From positions 1-41,324 of the forward strand of contig JANMKB010000244.1 of the NCBI GenBank assembly GCA_031371805.1: DNA of 41,324 nt, given 5' to 3'. Every line of letters starts with the position of its first letter. Within the stretch, counting starts at the first letter, position 1. This document shows positions 40,447-41,324 of the stretch, piece by piece. The position numbers and the translations under genes are program-made. A model generated the notes under the pieces. That model saw only the letters and a list, made by a program, of their open reading frames with translations. It was not told where the DNA came from and did not search any database. The DNA comes from Blastocatellia bacterium (lineage in GTDB: Bacteria; Acidobacteriota; Blastocatellia; RBC074).

Positions 40447-41226
40447 ATGGAAAACGCGGAAGAAGACAGGATCAAAATTACAGTGGGAGACGAAAAAGCG
40501 CAACAAAGCTTTGCTGATAAACACAGAGGGTTTCTCATAAGCCTTGATAGTCTCAAAATAGCTTTTGAATCATTCAGCTCTCACTTAGCTGGAAAGGAAG
40601 ACGATCTGATAGGTAGATCCCTTTTTTATCTGGCCTATCTTGCTTGGGAAGACTTCAATGAGATATTAGTTCTAAGCGCCAACGGACTCACAACAGGTGC
40701 ACAGAAGATTCTTAGAGGAATGTTCGAGCGAACCGTAACTACAAACTATTTGCAAAAACATCCGAATGAGATTGAGTTGTTTTGGAACTATTACTGGATT
40801 GACCAAAACAAGCTTGCTGCCGATCTCGAAAGAGAGTTCCCTGATGTATTCCCCAAAGAAAACCTTGATGAGATAAAGGCAAAATATGACGAGGTGAAAG
40901 AACTGTACCAGGTTCCTGTTTGCAAGGTGTGCAAATTGCCCGATTGTGAAGAATGCAAGAAGACGCGCGTAAATCACACTTGGTCCAAAAAAGATATTAT
41001 CTCAATGGCAAAGGAAGTAGGAGTTCCAACTCATATAATCAAAGGGGCTTACTACTTACCACTAAACGAAGCGCACCCAAAAGTCGGAGCCATCATTGTC
41101 CGTATCGATCAATTGAGCGGTAGTTCCAAAACACAAAATGGTATTGAAATACCCTTCATTGTTGCTTATGGTCTCCTTCTCGCAATCTTAGAGCGTGTTT
41201 TAAAAGCCCTCGGTCGTAACTGGTAA
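40447..41226 (+). CDS. DUF5677-like helical protein, 3' end probably cut by the IS
   Basis: ILRGMFERT...YL, CxxC..CxxC insert, W.KKD..SMA..VG, Y....AHP. The last codons run into the IS end. Confidence 0.55.
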   Translation: MENAEEDRIKITVGDEKAQQSFADKHRGFLISLDSLKIAFESFSSHLAGKEDDLIGRSLFYLAYLAWEDFNEILVLSANGLTTGAQKILRGMFERTVTTNYLQKHPNEIELFWNYYWIDQNKLAADLEREFPDVFPKENLDEIKAKYDEVKELYQVPVCKVCKLPDCEECKKTRVNHTWSKKDIISMAKEVGVPTHIIKGAYYLPLNEAHPKVGAIIVRIDQLSGSSKTQNGIEIPFIVAYGLLLAILERVLKALGRNW

Positions 41227-41324
41227 GATAGCGGAATGAACTACCAATTCTTTCCGAGCGACCAGACCGACCGAGAGTGGGAGTATATCAAAAGGTTCGT
41301 GCCAGCGTCCAAAGCTGGCGGACG
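41191..41324 (+). mobile_element. IS5-family element, left end and transposase start (ATG 41236), runs off the window
   Basis: TTA|GAGCGTGTTTTAAAAG end; [30 protein letters not shown] matches the YPSDLTD.EW...P....GGR N-terminus. Confidence 0.85.

Overview
Bacterial chromosomal window, most consistent with an Acidobacteriota (Blastocatellia-like) genome; this is inferred from the acidobacterial-type VWA protein, the XRE paralog type and the REP-like palindromes. A housekeeping backbone (ino1 3' end, gpsA, smpB, pepA, typA, guaB, rodZ-like, rnc, M20 peptidase, HD hydrolase, GH95, ExuT-like MFS, Gfo/Idh/MocA) is interrupted by small accessory inserts. Main findings: (1) Two housekeeping genes (gpsA, typA) are each followed by a small toxin-antitoxin-like cassette and then a second, diverged copy of their own 3' end, with no integrase. 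This suggests integrase-less micro-islands that replace gene tails. (2) Two loci pair an Omp85-family beta-barrel with a signal-peptide-less hydrolase (GH25 muramidase; phospholipase C-type phosphoesterase), and one barrel carries an unusual ~190-aa helical insertion. (3) A structured leader plus strong terminator lies just upstream of guaB. (4) There is an IS630 remnant fused to a destroyed MNT-HEPN pair, a related 104-bp MITE, a decayed IPT/TIG secreted-protein island, several genes collapsed by internal deletion, and an IS5-family element at the right edge. No rRNA, tRNA or CRISPR array was seen. All family assignments come from motif recognition by eye, not database searches.
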